28,318 nt of DNA. Origin: Bdellovibrionota bacterium (GTDB taxonomy: Bacteria > Bdellovibrionota_C > UBA2361 > OMII01). Below are positions 17,501 to 27,400 of this stretch, in pieces. Every line of letters begins with the position of its first letter. Within the stretch, counting starts at the first letter, position 1. The position numbers and the translations under genes are program-made. The notes under the pieces are model-generated. The model saw nothing but the letters and a program-made list of their open reading frames with translations, was not told the origin of the DNA and ran no database searches. The DNA lies in the NCBI GenBank assembly GCA_044345405.1, contig JBIJBE010000045.1, positions 1 through 28,318 of the forward strand. The letters are read 5' to 3'.

Positions 17501-20319
17501 CTGAGACCGCGACAACCACTCCAACTCAGACACCGACGATAACACCTACTGAAACGCCAACGACGACACCGACCGAGACCCAAACCACGACACCAACAGA
17601 AACTTCAACAGCAACACCGACCGAAACAGCAACAACCACTCCAACCCTGACCCCAACGACTACGCCTAGTGACACTCCGACAACAACACCGACGGAAACC
17701 TCAACCTCAACTCCAACTGAAACCCCAACAACAACGCCAACTGAGACCGCGACAACTACTCCAACTCAGACACCGACAACCACGCCGACCGAAACACCGA
17801 CGACAACACCGACGGAGACCCCGACCACGACACCAACAGAAACTCCAACAGTAACACCGACCGAAACAGCGACGCCCACTCCGACTCTGACTCCAACGAC
17901 TACGCCCACTGAAACACCGACGACGACACCGACAGAAAGCCCAACCTCCACACCAACTGAAACTCCAACAACGACGCCTACTGAGAGCGCAACAACCACT
18001 CCAACTCAGACACCAACGACAACGCCAACTGAAACGCCAACGACAACGCCGTCCGAGACCCCAACCACAACACCAACTGAAACTCCGACAACGACACCAA
18101 CTGAGACCGCGACAACCACTGCAACTCAGACACCGACGTCCACGCCATCGGAAACGCCAACGACAACACCGTCCGAGACCCCAACCACAACACCAACTGA
18201 AACTCCAACTATAACCCCGACGGAAACAGCGACGACCACGCCAACTGTCACTCAGACGACCACGCCGACCGAAACGCCAACAGCGACCCCGACAGAGACC
18301 CCAACCGCAACATCAACAGAAACCCCAACTACTACTGCGACCGAAACCCCGACGACGACTCCGACAGCGACCGCAAGTACCACACCAACGGAGACCCCAA
18401 CACTAACAGCGACAACGACGGCAACAGAAACGCCAACTACAACACCAACAGAGACTCCGACAACGACGCCGACGGAAACTCCAACTCTAACCCCGACGGA
18501 AACCTCAACCGATACAGCTACGACAACACCAACTCAGACACCAACAGACACTCCCACTGGAACAGCGACTACAACTCCAACGGACACACCAACCCTCACA
18601 CCAACTGAAACTCCCACCGAAACCGCGACCTACACCGCGACGACAACTCCGACGATCACCGCAACATCGACTGAGACAACTACGCCAACGGCGACTCCAA
18701 CAGAGACGCCATCTGAGACCCCAACCGACACACCGACAGGCACCCCAACTGAAACACCTTCCGAAACTCCAACAGACACCCCAACCCAGACACCGACGGA
18801 AACGCAAACGGTTACACCAACAGAGACGGCGTCCACAACACCTACTGAAACTCCTACCGCTACCCCCTCGGAGACCTCTACAACAACTCCAACAGAGACA
18901 CCTACAACAACATCAACAGCAAGTCCGTCGCATACCGCGACGGCAACGCCAACCGACACTTCAACGGCGACGCCAACGGATACGGCTAGCTCTACTCCAA
19001 CGATGACACCAACAACGACGGCGACACCAACACATACACCGACCGAGACACCTAGTCAGACGCCGAGCCATACAGCGACCACGACCCCATCTCATACCCC
19101 AACGGAAACACCAACCGAGACGGCTACTACAACCGCTACAGCGACGACGAGCCCAACAGCAACACCGACGACTACGCCGACATCGACCGCGACATCAACC
19201 CCATCACACACCGCGACCACAACACCAACATCAACCGCTACGGGAACTCCAACCGAAACCGCCACGATAACTTCCACGAGCACGCCAACCCTCACGCCAA
19301 CGATCACACCAACACCGACGATTACGCCAACGCCAACGATAACCCCGACACCAACACCAACGCCGCCACTCGCGGTGATTACCTTCCGGCTCCTCGTTGA
19401 AGAGACTCCGATAGCGGGCGCTCCTCTCGTCATCGACGCTCAGACTCAAACGACCGACACGAATGGAGAGGTGACGGCGAGCCTCTCTATCGATGGGCGA
19501 CACTCAATAACAACCGGACTTGAGGCGCTCGCATTCGAGCCGATCCTTGAGACTGGCAGCAAGCTTGCGGAGCGCAACCCCGTCAACATCGAAGCATCTC
19601 GACTCATCCGGTCCAGCCAACCTCCATGCCGAGTGTTAGTGGGTGGCAATCAGAACCTTTACTTCTCAACCCTAAACTCCAGCGACCATGCGCTTGAGGT
19701 GCCCCTTCAATATCCATCACTCAATTCGATACTCTCCATTACAGGGGGGGCGATCCCACCTGAAACGTTCGCTCCAGGCTCGAGCGGATTCGCACTCCCT
19801 GAGTCCGATTTCCTTGCACCGAGCGGACTCTACGGAGTGTGGAACTTCCTCGGTCAGTCCATCACCGTTCCGATATCACCAGAGGTGTGCGCCGATACCG
19901 GGGTACCGGGTGAATGTGTGGGGATATCGGATGCCGAACTCCTGAAGCCGTTCGTCTATACCCGACGGGCCATCCTGCGACTGGCGATGGAAGCGAAACA
20001 AGCCGCTCGAGCAGGCACGTGGAGATCGAATGGCTCAGGATTTAGCAAGACGTTCCTCCGAAGGGGCGCGGCGGTGCTGGCACGCATGAAGCGAGAGATC
20101 ATTCGCTCCACCGGCGACAAGTTCGTATGCGAGGTGGCGCCTATGTCCTGCACTACCGTTCAGGTCTCCGAAGCTTCCCTGGTCAAGGCGTTTGCGTCGA
20201 TCTATGACGCTACGTTCCCGCGCGGTCTCGAAAAGCTTAGGAAACGAAAGAATAGGGAGGTTACGGACTTTAGGAGGTTCCTCGCCGGGGCTCCAAAGGA
20301 GTATGTCGTGTGCCAATAA
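14587..20319 (+). CDS. Very large secreted Thr/Pro-rich (mucin-like) surface protein: beta-rich N-domain, Cys module, PT stalk, globular C-domain
   Basis: Uninterrupted 1910-codon frame with a hydrophobic signal-like segment ending ANA|ATYYWVG (mature start ~14842). The true start is uncertain (ATG 14587 or GTG 14791). Confidence 0.85.
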   Translation: MCYAQGPPGAHHGWRDDIFHGTQSGCHGRDLPPYCDHSSPHHKQLSEKIAQKDVGADSSGIGALNRLLVVFVFIVASVLPCGANAATYYWVGNPGGVTSNPNNWTTVNPTNCSGGGAGTPTNGDTVIFDPDCDNGATINQALTVDGLTVQAGYTGTITQNQTATVGNLHFVMAGGTWVGTANNITVNGNFTFSGGTFTAPSTTMSVSGDFTNSGGTFTATLGTVALNGTNQTITGSTTFYTLTKTTSTACTLTFESGSTTTVTNSLTLQGATSQLLSLRASSTTRWKINPSGTRNVSSVDVKDSDNTNATAIVADVSMNSGNNINWTFTNPLATPTPTSTPTATVTITPSSTPTSTATLTPTPTPTATPTPTPTSTQTATQTPTGSPTVTPTTTETNTPTTTPGAGATSTPVVCGCWPEQLNSTNTCETGTDVCAECPGVVQVGGTDPGCYCAWATPGGPGPSVCVTPTMTPSSPTLTPTETATATPTESATTTPTQTPTKTPTETPTTTPTETPTTTPTQTPTTTPTQTPTTTPTETPTTTPTETPTTTPTETPTTTPTETPTTTPTQTPTTTPTQTPTTTPTETPTTTPTETPTTTPTQTSTTTPTQTPTTTPTETPTTTPTETPTTTPTQTWTTTPTQTSTTTPTETPTTTPTETPTTTPTETPTTTPTQTPTTTPTQTPTTTPTETPTTTPSETPTTTPTETPTGTPTETATTTPTQTPTTTPTETPTTTPTETPTTTPTETPTTTPTETPTTTPTQTPTTTPTQTPTTTPTETPTSTPTETPTTTPTETATTTPTQTPTTTPTETPTTTPTETPTTTPTETPTTTPTETPTITPTQTPTTTPTETPTTTPTETPTTTPTETPTTTPTETPTTTPTETPTTTPTETTTTTPTQTPTTTPTETPTTTPTETPTTTPTRTPTTTPTETPTTTPTRTPTETPTTTPTETPTTTPSETPTTTPTETPTTTPTETATTTPTQTPTITPTETPTTTPTETQTTTPTETSTATPTETATTTPTLTPTTTPSDTPTTTPTETSTSTPTETPTTTPTETATTTPTQTPTTTPTETPTTTPTETPTTTPTETPTVTPTETATPTPTLTPTTTPTETPTTTPTESPTSTPTETPTTTPTESATTTPTQTPTTTPTETPTTTPSETPTTTPTETPTTTPTETATTTATQTPTSTPSETPTTTPSETPTTTPTETPTITPTETATTTPTVTQTTTPTETPTATPTETPTATSTETPTTTATETPTTTPTATASTTPTETPTLTATTTATETPTTTPTETPTTTPTETPTLTPTETSTDTATTTPTQTPTDTPTGTATTTPTDTPTLTPTETPTETATYTATTTPTITATSTETTTPTATPTETPSETPTDTPTGTPTETPSETPTDTPTQTPTETQTVTPTETASTTPTETPTATPSETSTTTPTETPTTTSTASPSHTATATPTDTSTATPTDTASSTPTMTPTTTATPTHTPTETPSQTPSHTATTTPSHTPTETPTETATTTATATTSPTATPTTTPTSTATSTPSHTATTTPTSTATGTPTETATITSTSTPTLTPTITPTPTITPTPTITPTPTPTPPLAVITFRLLVEETPIAGAPLVIDAQTQTTDTNGEVTASLSIDGRHSITTGLEALAFEPILETGSKLAERNPVNIEASRLIRSSQPPCRVLVGGNQNLYFSTLNSSDHALEVPLQYPSLNSILSITGGAIPPETFAPGSSGFALPESDFLAPSGLYGVWNFLGQSITVPISPEVCADTGVPGECVGISDAELLKPFVYTRRAILRLAMEAKQAARAGTWRSNGSGFSKTFLRRGAAVLARMKREIIRSTGDKFVCEVAPMSCTTVQVSEASLVKAFASIYDATFPRGLEKLRKRKNREVTDFRRFLAGAPKEYVVCQ
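15985..19368 (+). repeat. Coding tandem repeat, 24-bp unit (TPTTTPT[E/Q]) with 120-bp higher-order period
   Basis: About 1,128 codons, mostly ACN/CCN. The anchor CCAACTCAGACA recurs at 16141, 16285, 16381, 16477, 16597, 16741, 16861, 16981, 17101, 17269, 17521, 17761, 18001, 18529. Confidence 0.97.
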
Positions 20320-20413
20320 GCCCCTAGCCCCGTCTTCGCCACCGACGAGCGAGTCGCCACCCCTCTTTTTAGGGATAGTCTATATATATAGGCAGCGAAG
20401 GAGATATTCACGG

Positions 20414-20441
20414 TTGCCTTTTTTAGCCCCCGTAGTACCAT
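20414..20441 (+). promoter_or_regulatory. Possible sigma70 promoter for the peroxidase gene
   Basis: TTGCCT (20414-20419), 16 bp, TACCAT (20436-20441); GGGAG SD at 20483-20487. Confidence 0.3.
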
Positions 20442-20495
20442 AACCCCCAGTTTAGACGGGGTATTTTGACCTGTGCATTTTTGGGAGTCCCTACA

Positions 20496-21458
20496 ATGAG
20501 ATTAGTACTCGCTTCTCTGGCCATCCTCGCCGTGGCCTGCCAGACCGCTCAAGCGGATGATACGTCATGGAAGGCGGCTTTCGCTCCCCTCCCAGAGGTA
20601 GCTGACTCGAAGGAGAATCCGATCACACCGGCAAAGGTAGCGCTCGGAAAGAGGCTATACCTCGACACCCGTCTCTCAAAGGATGAGACGATCTCGTGCA
20701 ACTCGTGCCACAACCTGAAGACCTTCGGCGTCGACAACGAGCCAACATCCCCTGGACATAAGGGGCAGCGCGGTGGTCGAAATTCACCAACTTCCTTTAA
20801 CGCCGCTCTCCATGCTACCCAGTTCTGGGATGGTCGCGCCGCAACCGTTGAGAAGCAGGCACTTGGCCCGATCCTTAATCCGGGTGAGATGGCGATGCCC
20901 TCGGAAGCGGTCGTCATTGAGAGATTGAAGAAGGACAAGAGCTATCCGAAGGAGTTCGCCGCGGCGTTCCCTAGCGATAAAGAGCCGATCTCATACGCGA
21001 ACGTCGGAAACGCAATCGGCGCCTTCGAACGAACACTTATTACCCCTTCCCGTTTTGACCAGTTCCTCAAGGGTGACGACAATGCGCTCACCCCAGAGGA
21101 GAAGAAGGGCGCTCAAGCGTTCGTTCAAACCGGATGTATCGCGTGTCATAACGGAGCGACATTGGGCGGCATGATGTTCCAGAAGCTTGGGTTGGTTAAA
21201 CCATACCCAACCAAGGACATGGGACGCTTTGAGGTAACAAAGAACGAAGCGGACAAGATGATGTTCAAGGTTCCATCGTTGCGTAACGTCGCGAAGACCG
21301 GCCCCTACTTCCACGACGGAAGTGTGAAAACCCTCGAAGAGGCGGTGTCACAGATGGCGGAGTATCAACTTGGCAAGCAGCTCACACCTGACCAAGTTAA
21401 GGAGATCGTGACGTTCCTCAACTCGCTCACGGCCACGGACACAAGCAAGTTCATGTAA
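20496..21458 (+). CDS. ccpA: Bacterial di-haem cytochrome c peroxidase
   Basis: Signal peptide, two CxxCH motifs (CNSCH, CIACH), QFWDGRA, NPGEM, FKVPSLRNV..TGPYFHDG, and a distal Met in AVSQMAEYQLG (bCcP rather than MauG). Start set at ATG 20496 after the SD. Confidence 0.92.
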   Translation: MRLVLASLAILAVACQTAQADDTSWKAAFAPLPEVADSKENPITPAKVALGKRLYLDTRLSKDETISCNSCHNLKTFGVDNEPTSPGHKGQRGGRNSPTSFNAALHATQFWDGRAATVEKQALGPILNPGEMAMPSEAVVIERLKKDKSYPKEFAAAFPSDKEPISYANVGNAIGAFERTLITPSRFDQFLKGDDNALTPEEKKGAQAFVQTGCIACHNGATLGGMMFQKLGLVKPYPTKDMGRFEVTKNEADKMMFKVPSLRNVAKTGPYFHDGSVKTLEEAVSQMAEYQLGKQLTPDQVKEIVTFLNSLTATDTSKFM

Positions 21459-21482
21459 GCCGAGGCTTCAGGAGCTAACAAT

Positions 21483-21513
21483 AAAAAGGGGGGGCCTCGT
21501 AGCCCCCTTTTTT
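21483..21513. terminator. Intrinsic terminator after ccpA (potentially bidirectional)
   Basis: AAAAAGG-GGGGGC-CTCGTA-GCCCCC-TTTTTT, 24 bp after the stop codon. Confidence 0.9.
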
Positions 21514-21614
21514 ATTGTTCATAAACGTACACATTCAAACCATTACCAACCCCGGTACCGCAGTTTTTCCATGCGTTTTGGTATCTGCGTGTTACTATCC
21601 CTCCCAGCCCTGTT

Positions 21615-21630
21615 GGGCATGGTCGTTGCC
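21615..21630 (+). promoter_or_regulatory. Probable sigma54 (-24/-12) promoter
   Basis: GGGCAT-GGTCG-TTGCC has GG-N10-GC spacing with GGCATG and TTGC; predicted +1 ~21641, 3 nt before ATG 21644. Confidence 0.45.
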
Positions 21631-21643
21631 GTTTTGTATCCCC

Positions 21644-22618
21644 ATGACGCATCCCTATCATCGAGCGAAGCCTAGCTGTTCCACCTTTGAGATACCCGAA
21701 GTACGTGACGAACTTCTTCATTCTCAGCGGGTACTGTACACTCTGTGCGCATGCGAGAACGAGCAAAACGAAAAGGGCGCTCGAGAGGCACTCGCGCTCT
21801 TCAACGAGCTCGTAATAGGCGGATTCGAGAAGAATCTTTACGACCTCTCTGAGGACGTACACAACGTGTGCACGTGGGCACTCCGGCAGGACTCCCCGCC
21901 CCAAACGGTCCTCCAAGCCGCAACCCTCTTCGCGGGCGCGTTACTCCATCACGGCCATACAGCCCCAGCCGTTCTCATACTACGGAGATTAGACAACGCT
22001 CCCTTCAAAAGCCGAGAGATCAAATCCCTGTGGGCCGTTAACTCTGCGATCGCCTTTGAGGAACTGTCCGGACATCCAAGCGATCCTCACTGGGAAACAG
22101 CCATTCAGGAGATGCCAATTCATCGCTGGCAGCACTATCCCTCCCTCATCGTCGGATGTCGAAATCTCTTACGACGACTACGCTTACAGCACGAGGAGCA
22201 GGGTGATCTACAAGCCCTCTTGGCGGCGGCCCCCCTGGCTGAACGAGCGCACGCCGCCCTCACCACTCGAAGCGCGAAAGCGACCCCGTTTGAGCGCTCA
22301 GGAGAAGCTGTCCGTCTTCTCGTTGAGGTCGCACACACGCAACATGCCTCAACGGAGGATGGGTTCGGAGCTCTGGAGCTTCCATCCGCGACTCACCTCT
22401 TCGAACACGCCGTGATGAACGCAGCCGCCAACACAACCGAGGATGACCTTTTCACCCGTACCCTCACCGTACTCGCACAACACTATTCAATAACTGGGGA
22501 GCGAGAGAAGGCACGAGACGCCGCGGCGCAAGCCTTAGTGGAATACGCCTGGTGCAAAACGCACGATTCATCTGTAGTTACCGCGCTCCAACTCATCCTT
22601 GAGTCGAACAAGGAGTAG
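21644..22618 (+). CDS. Hypothetical protein (~324 aa, Ala/Leu-rich, helical/TPR-like)
   Basis: Long ORF; first in-frame ATG is 21644 (the track's TTG 21515 abuts the terminator); no motif recognised. Confidence 0.7.
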   Translation: MTHPYHRAKPSCSTFEIPEVRDELLHSQRVLYTLCACENEQNEKGAREALALFNELVIGGFEKNLYDLSEDVHNVCTWALRQDSPPQTVLQAATLFAGALLHHGHTAPAVLILRRLDNAPFKSREIKSLWAVNSAIAFEELSGHPSDPHWETAIQEMPIHRWQHYPSLIVGCRNLLRRLRLQHEEQGDLQALLAAAPLAERAHAALTTRSAKATPFERSGEAVRLLVEVAHTQHASTEDGFGALELPSATHLFEHAVMNAAANTTEDDLFTRTLTVLAQHYSITGEREKARDAAAQALVEYAWCKTHDSSVVTALQLILESNKE

Positions 22619-22630
22619 GCTCAAACGCTC

Positions 22631-23977
22631 CTATTTCTGACAGGCTTCCACGATCTCGCGCGCGAAATCGGAGAGGCTCTCATCACGCGACCCCATCACG
22701 ATGACTGTATCCCCTGCCTCACACCGCGCTTTCAGAAATGGCACGATATCTGACCGGTTCGGGATGAAATGCGCCGTTTTTCCCCGTTCTGATACAGGGA
22801 TGACCACGTCCTGAGAAGAAATATCTTTAGGCAACGCCACGACCTCACCATTGACCAAATTGGCGGAACCTCCAACATAAAAGATATCCGGCATGATAAG
22901 CACATCCTGCGGTCGAAGCGTCGAGGCGAAGGTCTCGATATATCCTTCCTTCATCATCTTGGTTGGTTGAAATCCATGAGGCTGAAAGATCACGAACGCG
23001 CGTTTTGAGTTTCCGATCGCGACCTTGAGGGACGCCTCGATCTTCCCCGGATTAGAGGCGAAATCATCAATGACTCGGATACCACGCGGTTCGCCTACAA
23101 CCTCAAGGCGTCGCTTGATACCTCGGAAGCTCTTGAGGCCGAGAAGCGACTCATCGACGGACACCCCTAAAAGTGAACAGGCGGCGACGGCGGCGAGAGC
23201 GTTCATCTTATTGTGCTCTCCAGCGATACTGAGTTCAGGATCTATTTTTGAGAGCGAGAAATCCGCGGTCGAAGACAAGCCAAACGTTACGGTCCTCGGA
23301 TTCAAGCCAAGAAGCTCCATTGAATTTGCGCAATCCGCGTTAAGGACCGCGCCAAGGGAAGCCTTACGGAGGAAGGCGGAGAACATCTCTTTCAACTCAT
23401 CGAGCTCAAAGTGATCAAGGGAGATGTTGGTCAGCACCGCGACAGCGGCGGGACATACAGAAATAACATCCTCAAAACCATCACTCTCATCAGCCTCGAA
23501 GACCGCAAGATTGCTGTCACCTCGCGTGAAATTTGCGTTACCATTAATCATGACAGCGCCGTTCATGATGGTAGGATCTTTACCGACCGATCGCAGGATA
23601 TGTCCGATCATGCCGGTCGTTGTTGATTTACCGCTCGTGCCGCCGACAGCGATATTGTCGGTATCCTTAAATACCTGCGCCATGAAGCGTGGTCGTTTGA
23701 GAACGTTAAGCTGCAACTCTAGAGCGCGGTGAATGTCAGGGACTGAGGACTCTACGGCGCGGGTCACCACAAAGGTATCGATTGAGGGGTCGACCCCGGT
23801 ACCATCTTGAGGGACGAGGGTTATCCCCTCTGCTTTAAGAAGCTCAAAAAGAGCTTTATTCCGTCCCAGGTCATATCCACGGTCGGAACCCAGAACTTCG
23901 CGTCCACGGGCAACCATAAGTCTCGCGAGCGGACTCATACCCGCGCCTCCGATTCCGCAGAAAAAGATCTTCTTCAT
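22631..23977 (-). CDS. MurC/Mpl-like Mur ligase (UDP-MurNAc amino-acid ligase)
   Basis: IFFCGIGGAGMSPLA (Rossmann), AVGGTSGKSTTTGM (P-loop), FEADESDG, TNISLDH, GEHNKMNA, FRGIKRRLE, IDDFASNP, IFQPHGF. ATG 23977 follows GAGAGGGT. Confidence 0.88.
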   Translation of the reverse strand: MKKIFFCGIGGAGMSPLARLMVARGREVLGSDRGYDLGRNKALFELLKAEGITLVPQDGTGVDPSIDTFVVTRAVESSVPDIHRALELQLNVLKRPRFMAQVFKDTDNIAVGGTSGKSTTTGMIGHILRSVGKDPTIMNGAVMINGNANFTRGDSNLAVFEADESDGFEDVISVCPAAVAVLTNISLDHFELDELKEMFSAFLRKASLGAVLNADCANSMELLGLNPRTVTFGLSSTADFSLSKIDPELSIAGEHNKMNALAAVAACSLLGVSVDESLLGLKSFRGIKRRLEVVGEPRGIRVIDDFASNPGKIEASLKVAIGNSKRAFVIFQPHGFQPTKMMKEGYIETFASTLRPQDVLIMPDIFYVGGSANLVNGEVVALPKDISSQDVVIPVSERGKTAHFIPNRSDIVPFLKARCEAGDTVIVMGSRDESLSDFAREIVEACQK

Positions 23978-24005
23978 ACCCTCTCTAAAAGGTCGGTGGA
24001 GAGCG

Positions 24006-24377
24006 TTACGGTGTCGTGCCCACGGCAACGAGTAGGGAAAGAAGAAGAAGCGATGCCGCTGGCAGAGATTTTCGAACTGGATCTCGCACCTTCACGTGCA
24101 TAAACACAGCCGCGCACATCAAAGAGGCCATACCGATAGCTCCGACGATTGTGAGCATGGGCCACCAAAATCCGGCGACTAAAAGCCCCGCGAAGAACAG
24201 CTTAAAGGCGCGAACGGTCTTCATACAGGTGGTGGAGAGTCCATAGACGTGGAACTCCTCCTCCATATTTTGAGCCGCGCCACCTCGATAGTTCGTTGGC
24301 TGGTTGGCTCGAAATAGCCACACATTCACGATACCCAGCGCAATCACCAGCTGGCTGATAAGTAGCATCTCTTTCAT
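24006..24377 (-). CDS. DoxX-like small membrane protein
   Basis: 123 aa with four hydrophobic segments, NVWLFR...YRGG.A..M.EEF..YGL and MHVKVRDP..KSLPA patterns; GGAGG SD. Confidence 0.75.
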   Translation of the reverse strand: MKEMLLISQLVIALGIVNVWLFRANQPTNYRGGAAQNMEEEFHVYGLSTTCMKTVRAFKLFFAGLLVAGFWWPMLTIVGAIGMASLMCAAVFMHVKVRDPVRKSLPAASLLLLSLLVAVGTTP

Positions 24378-24482
24378 AGCCCCTCCGTTCCTCGGTCTTC
24401 ACGTCCTAGGCTTAGCCTACCAATATTGAAACCGCCCGGGCAGTGTGTTTCTGCCAATAGCATGCAGGCGCCAATTCAATTC

Positions 24483-27400
24483 CTAATCTTGCTTCGTTTG
24501 GTATCTATCCAAGATATCTTGCCGCTCCTGGTTGAGCATCTTGTAGAACTCAGCGACTTTTCTGAGGATAGACATAAACTTGCCGTGCTCTTCCGGAGCC
24601 GAACAGAGGTATACCATCTCCGATGCCCCATCACGTCGCCCTACGCGCCCCCACTGTTGCAGAGCTTCCGTGGGTGACGCGCTAAAACGGTAGGCGTAAC
24701 CGTGCTGTACCCGAGCGAAATCGATTCCTTCGTTACCAGCGCTCGTGCTCACAATTATCTTGGCTCGACCGTTCGCGACATTGGCTAAATTCTCTTTTCG
24801 CTGCGCCCGAGAGAGCCCCTTCTTAATTCCGTGACCGGTGCCGGTCAACGCGACAGCTTCACAACCCGACTGGCGCAATCGATGGGAAATTCGGGCGGCG
24901 AGAAATAAGGCATGTGTTCGGTCTCTCACAAATATGATGCTCTGGTCGTGTCGGGAAAGTAGGGGCAGCACGGACATGAGATACCTCTCCTTGGGATGGT
25001 CTGAGTAGTCAAGCGTAACCAACTCTTCAGTGAGGCGCTTCATGGTAGCCGCGACAGCAGAATTGTATCGACTTCGTCGTTCCTTGGCTGAGAGCGTCCC
25101 CCATGACGACAACGAAAGTCCGCTGAGCTGTTCCAACGAATGCGTGTTCCAAACGCCGACGAAGGAACCAAGCGCTATCTGTCGATACGCTTGCTCGACC
25201 TCGCGAGAGGAATAGACTAGCGACAGGGAACGCTTTGGCGCCAGGAAGCCTTTTCCCGCTTGGGTGCGAACAGCGTTGACTGGAAACTTCATCTCCAGCC
25301 TCTTCTCCAACACTCGTAGCAGAAAGCCCGATTTACCCTGATACGAGAGGGCTTGGTACAGCTCTGATAACTCGATAATACCGCATAACGCGTGTACGAC
25401 ATCCCACCGCTCTCGCTCATTGTTCATGACTCGAATTCGCTCGAGAAGCGGACTGATAACGGTCGCCGATGGGAAGGTCAGCGTGGTGGAACCAAGAACC
25501 TCTTTCGCGTCTCGAAGCAATCGTTGGGAACCGTGTTGGGCGATGTACTCCAGAACCTCCGCGCGAAGGGACGCCATGCGATGCGAGAGGCTCTCAACCG
25601 CGACTTTCATATCCTCCGAAAGATCGACATGAAGCGGGCGGACGACCGGTTGTCGTCGGACTACATTGACCGGGAAGATATGTTCAACACCGACAAGCTT
25701 TTTGAGAGAATCGAATTTATCCCACGACCTCTCCGCCTCGACCTGGCCAGGAGTCGCGGAGAGCAGAAGAACCCTAGCCCCCACCTCGTGCGCCTTGCGT
25801 ACCAGGGGGACGTACGGATATTCGCCAGCGGTATGGTGCCCCTCATCGATAACCACGAGGTCGGTGGGGCGGAATGAAAAGACGCCCCGCTCAATGTCGT
25901 TTCTGATGACGTGAGGAATCGCGGAGATGAACGCCGGGTCCATCTCTCGATACATCTTCTCCCTCCGTTTAGGAGGGATATCACCATCGATCAGGGAGGA
26001 CTCAACATCTATCATTTGCGGCGCCCGTCGATGAACCTGCTGCTGGATTTCGAGCGTCGGCGCGCAAAAAATCGTGCGCTGACCGCGAGAACGCTGCGAG
26101 GCGGCTATCATGAGCGCCATCTCGGTTTTCCCCGATCCCGTAGGCGCTTGGAGGATAGCGTTATCAGAACGCTCAAGAAACCATCGAACGAACTCAAGCT
26201 GTTCAGGCCGTATCGCGAATGAATGATGCTTGAGAGCGGTGAGTCCATAGCGGATTCTCATCTCCATGCCGGCGGCCTCACGCTGTGGTTCGACGTTTCG
26301 GACCAAGGGGTCCTCAACTAAATCGGCAAGGTCAGGATAAAGATACGCTTCGGGCAACGCCCTCATCTCCGCGATGAACGCTTCACGAAGCGCGATATAT
26401 TTCGGGACTGCGGGCGCCATCTCCTCCCTAGCGGGGACATCCCGCAACACGCTCGGCGGCTTAAGCCGCGCCAGCTCGCTCTTATCCCCGTCTTTCTCCT
26501 TTCGCTTTTCGAAAACCAAGGGAGAAGATGGAGCGGCCGTGGTAGTCGTTACCGAAAAAGCGTCGACGGAGAGCTGAACGTGATATTTATCATTTCTATA
26601 GATCGCCGCGGGCCTCGCGATAATGTTGATCACGCATCCGGCAACTAAACTGCCATCCCAAATCTCAGGTCCCACAAAACCTCGGACCTTTTTTCCGTCC
26701 TGCTCTAAAACAACCATGCGGCGACCTCCTGGATACTCGGCGATATCCAGCACAGTCAGAGCCTCAAGTAAAAATGTTGGCGCGGCGAAGCCCTGGCCAT
26801 AAGGATCAAGAAGTCGATCGACATTTTGAATAAGTTTAGGTGTGAGCTGCGCGCAGGTGATCTTCGCGTCAGCAACGACCTTCACCGACGATGGAGGCTG
26901 ATGACGCTGCTCCCGAGCAGCCTGCGAGATAAGCTTGGAAAAAGCGCCTAAGGCATCTGCCCTGATCGCAAGACCAGCGGCAGCCTTGTGCCCACCGAAT
27001 TTCACAATCACTCCCTCGGTATCATTCGCTTTGGCGCGCTCGAGCATATCCGCTAAATCGTATTCCGCGCTCCCAGAGCGCGCCGAGCCCTTGAGGGTTC
27101 CATCTGAGTGCGTGGCGAATACAAAGGCGGGTCGACCGTGGCGGGACGCTAGGCCTTGCGCGGTAAGCCCCACAACACCTTGGTGATGAGTATCGCTGTG
27201 CGATACCAAAACACCTGGCATAACTTGGCGCGAACCTAATCGGTCGTAGTTATCCATCAGCTGTTTGCGCTGAGTATCCTTTCGGACCTCATTCAACTCG
27301 ACCAGCTCCCTGGCGAGCCTCTGGGTATCAACTTCGTCCGATGAAATAAGCAGCTCCACACACATGCGAGCGTTGCCAAGCCGTCCCGCGGCATTAATAG

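Noticed and set aside
15985-19368. CRISPR array or DGR template/variable repeat
   Set aside because: Units are contiguous and in-frame, vary mainly at third codon positions, have no unique spacers, and there is no cas or reverse transcriptase gene.
15709-19503. Long antisense ORFs (624-aa Arg/Cys/Trp-rich and several Val/Gly-rich ones)
   Set aside because: Shadows of the ACN/CCN repeat, whose reverse complement rarely contains stop codons.
20496-21458. MauG or another unusual di-haem enzyme
   Set aside because: The distal Met and overall motif layout fit a canonical bacterial cytochrome c peroxidase, and there are no mau genes nearby.
24483-26220. RecQ, RecG, Cas3 or restriction-type helicase as the fused domain
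   Set aside because: No RecQ DEAHC or Zn-RQC features, no RecG wedge or TRG motif, no HD domain; the spacing and HPK/GLS/EGID motifs fit the Hef/Mph1 family.
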